From contig NC_091999.1 of NCBI RefSeq assembly GCF_044704955.1, positions 65,286,001-65,350,000 of the forward strand: DNA of 64,000 nucleotides, given 5' to 3'. Shown here in pieces: positions 62,292 to 64,000 of the stretch (its first letter is position 1; each line of letters starts with the position of its first letter). The notes under the pieces were generated by a model. It had not been told where the DNA came from. It did no database searches and saw only the letters and a program-made list of their open reading frames with translations. This DNA is from Pristiophorus japonicus (lineage: Eukaryota). The position numbers and the translations under genes are program-made.

Positions 62292-62418
62292 CTGTGAAAA
62301 TAATGAAAATACCCCGAGGATTAATCCTGGAGAAATGATTCCTGACTCTGTAATATTCCAGAGAGAGGCTAAGACTGAGACATTAACATTGAGAGAGTGG
62401 ACAATAAAAACTACTCAC

Positions 62419-62464
62419 GGGTTAAAAATGCCAGCAAAAGATTAAGAGAAATCGCCGACCTCAT
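62419..62464 (-). CDS. IGHV: IgM VH leader exon (MRSAISLNLLLAFLT + C|gtgagt)
   Basis: 46-nt exon, ATG at 62464-62462, phase-1 GTGAGT donor, hydrophobic shark VH-type leader. Confidence 0.93.
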
Positions 62465-62554
62465 CCTCCTGGTAAAGTGTGAAAAATGGTTTAGGCAAGA
62501 ACTCACTGAGGAAACCCACTCCAGGACTGTTGTATTGCAGTCCCAGTGACTGGC

Positions 62555-62640
62555 AGTTAAATACCCGGGAGATGAGGGCGATGCTACTGGTGCCACACAT
62601 TGATTCCTTCATAGCGGTGGCTTCTTGATCCACGTCACAT
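62555..62640 (-). promoter_or_regulatory. Putative VH promoter: TATA-like TATTTAA and CRE-like TGACGTG
   Basis: On the minus strand, TATTTAA lies about 95 bp and ATGTGACGTGG about 170 bp upstream of the leader ATG. No octamer is nearby, consistent with shark VH promoters using a CRE-like element. Confidence 0.55.
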
Positions 62641-62774
62641 CTTCCACATTACCAACAGAATGGACACTGGGCTATTATTTATGGTGGACTATGTATCTGT
62701 ATCAAGGGAGAGTCATTTCGCGGTATGGTTTCAATGCAATATGTTATTTGGTAATAAGTGGTAACATTGCAGGA

Positions 62775-64000
62775 TTGCAGGGAGAGAGAGGGAAACAAAA
62801 AGGAGGCAAAAGCAAAAGACAGAAAGGAGATGAGGAAAAGTGGAGGGCAGAGAAACCCAATGCAAAGAACAAAAAGGGCCACTGTACAGCAAAATTCTAA
62901 AAGGACAAAGGGTGTTAAAAAAAAGCCTGAAGGCTTTGTGTCTTAATGCAAGGAGTATCCGCAATAAGGTGGATGAATTAACTGTGCAAATTGGTGTTAA
63001 CAAATATGATGTGATTGGGATTACGGAGACGTGGCTCCAGGATGATCAGGGCTGGGAACTCAATATCCAGGGGTATTCAACATTCAGGAAAGATAGAATA
63101 AAAGGAAAAGAAGGTGGGGTAGCATTGCTGGCTAAGGAGGAAATTAAGGCAATAGTTCGGAAGGACATTAGCTTGGATGATGTGGAATCTATATGGGTAG
63201 AGCTGCAGGATACCAAAGGGCAAAAAACGTTAGTGGGAGTTGTGTACAGACCTCCAAACAGTTGTAGTGATGTTGGGGATGGCATCAAACATGAAATTAG
63301 AGGTGCGTGCAATAAAGGTGCAGCGGTTATAATGGGTGACTTTAATATGCACATAGATTGGTTTAACCAAACTGGAAGCAATAAGGAGGAGGAGGATTTC
63401 CTGGAGTGCATAAGGGATGTTTTTTTAGACCAATATGTCGAGGAAACAACAAGGGGGGAGGCCATCTTAGACTGGGTGTTGTGTAATGAGAGAGGAATAA
63501 TTAGCAATCTCGTTGTGCGAGACCCCTTGGGAAAGAGTGACCATAATATGGAGGAATTCTGCAGTATGATTGAGAAAAAAACAGTTAATTCAGAGACCAT
63601 GATCCAGAACTTAAAGAAGGGTAACATTGAAGGTATGAGGCGTGAATTAGCTAGGATAGATTGGCGAATGATACTGAAGGGGTTGACTGTGGATGGGCAA
63701 TGGCAGACATTTCGAGACCGCATGGATGAACTACAACAATTGTACATTCCTGTCTGGCGTAATAATAAAAAAGGGAAGGTGGCTCAACCGTGGCTATCAA
63801 GGGAAATCAGGGATAGTATTATAGCCAAGGAAGTGGCATACACATTGGCCAGAAATAGCAGCGAACACGGGGACTGGGAGAAATTTAGAACTGAGCAGAG
63901 GAGGACAAAGGGTTTGATTCGGGCAGCGAAAATGGAGTACGAGAAGGAGCTTGCAGGGAACATTAAGACGGATTGCAAAAGCTTCTACACATATGTAAAG
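62775..64000 (+). mobile_element. CR1 LINE (ORF2 endonuclease), runs off the window
   Basis: LNARSIRNK..GITETWLQ..VVYRPP..MGDFN..ILDWV..LGKSDH. Confidence 0.92.

Larger units (their letters stand above)
45911..62464 (-). pseudogene. IGHM: Germline-joined (pre-rearranged VDJ) IgM heavy-chain gene: L-VDJ-CH1-CH2-CH3-CH4/sec-TM1-TM2, constant region disrupted
   Basis: All eight exons occur in order on the minus strand with recognisable splice sites and resemble remembered shark IgM sequences. There are stops in CH1 and CH2, a phase break after CH3 and a frameshift plus stop in CH4. Confidence 0.95.

Noticed and set aside
61941-62464. Processed (retrotransposed) Ig mRNA as the origin of the joined VDJ
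   Set aside because: The leader intron, the 6.5-kb J-C intron and all C introns are present.
63046-63747. 233-aa minus-strand ORF
   Set aside because: It is the antisense frame of the CR1 endonuclease region; similar antisense ORFs occur at other CR1 copies.

Overview
This is repeat-rich vertebrate genomic DNA, almost certainly from a cartilaginous fish, judging by the shark-type IgM exons, the CR1 tails and a Deu-domain SINE. (1) A complete minus-strand IgM heavy-chain gene occupies 45.9-62.6 kb. Its V, D and J are already fused in frame in one genomic exon with no RSS, while the C-mu exons carry several inactivating lesions. (2) A decayed TCR alpha/delta-type leader plus V segment, missed by the ORF track, lies at 40.0-40.45 kb on the same strand. 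It is about 5.5 kb downstream of the IgM TM exons, across a 348-N gap. (3) A structurally complete 6.67-kb LTR element spans 3020-9687, with 653-bp LTRs, a 5-bp TSD, a tRNA-Ser PBS and a PPT. It has no visible gag or pol, only a decayed F-protein-like class I fusion env and small upstream ORFs. It is nested antisense inside an older relative with a homologous env. (4) Two decayed copies of a tRNA-Leu(TAA)/SINE/tRNA-Ser(AGA) unit, many CR1, RTE and L2 LINE fragments, several minisatellites and an orphan NRF1/YY1 promoter-like island make up most of the rest. All family assignments are by eye from remembered motifs; no searches were run.
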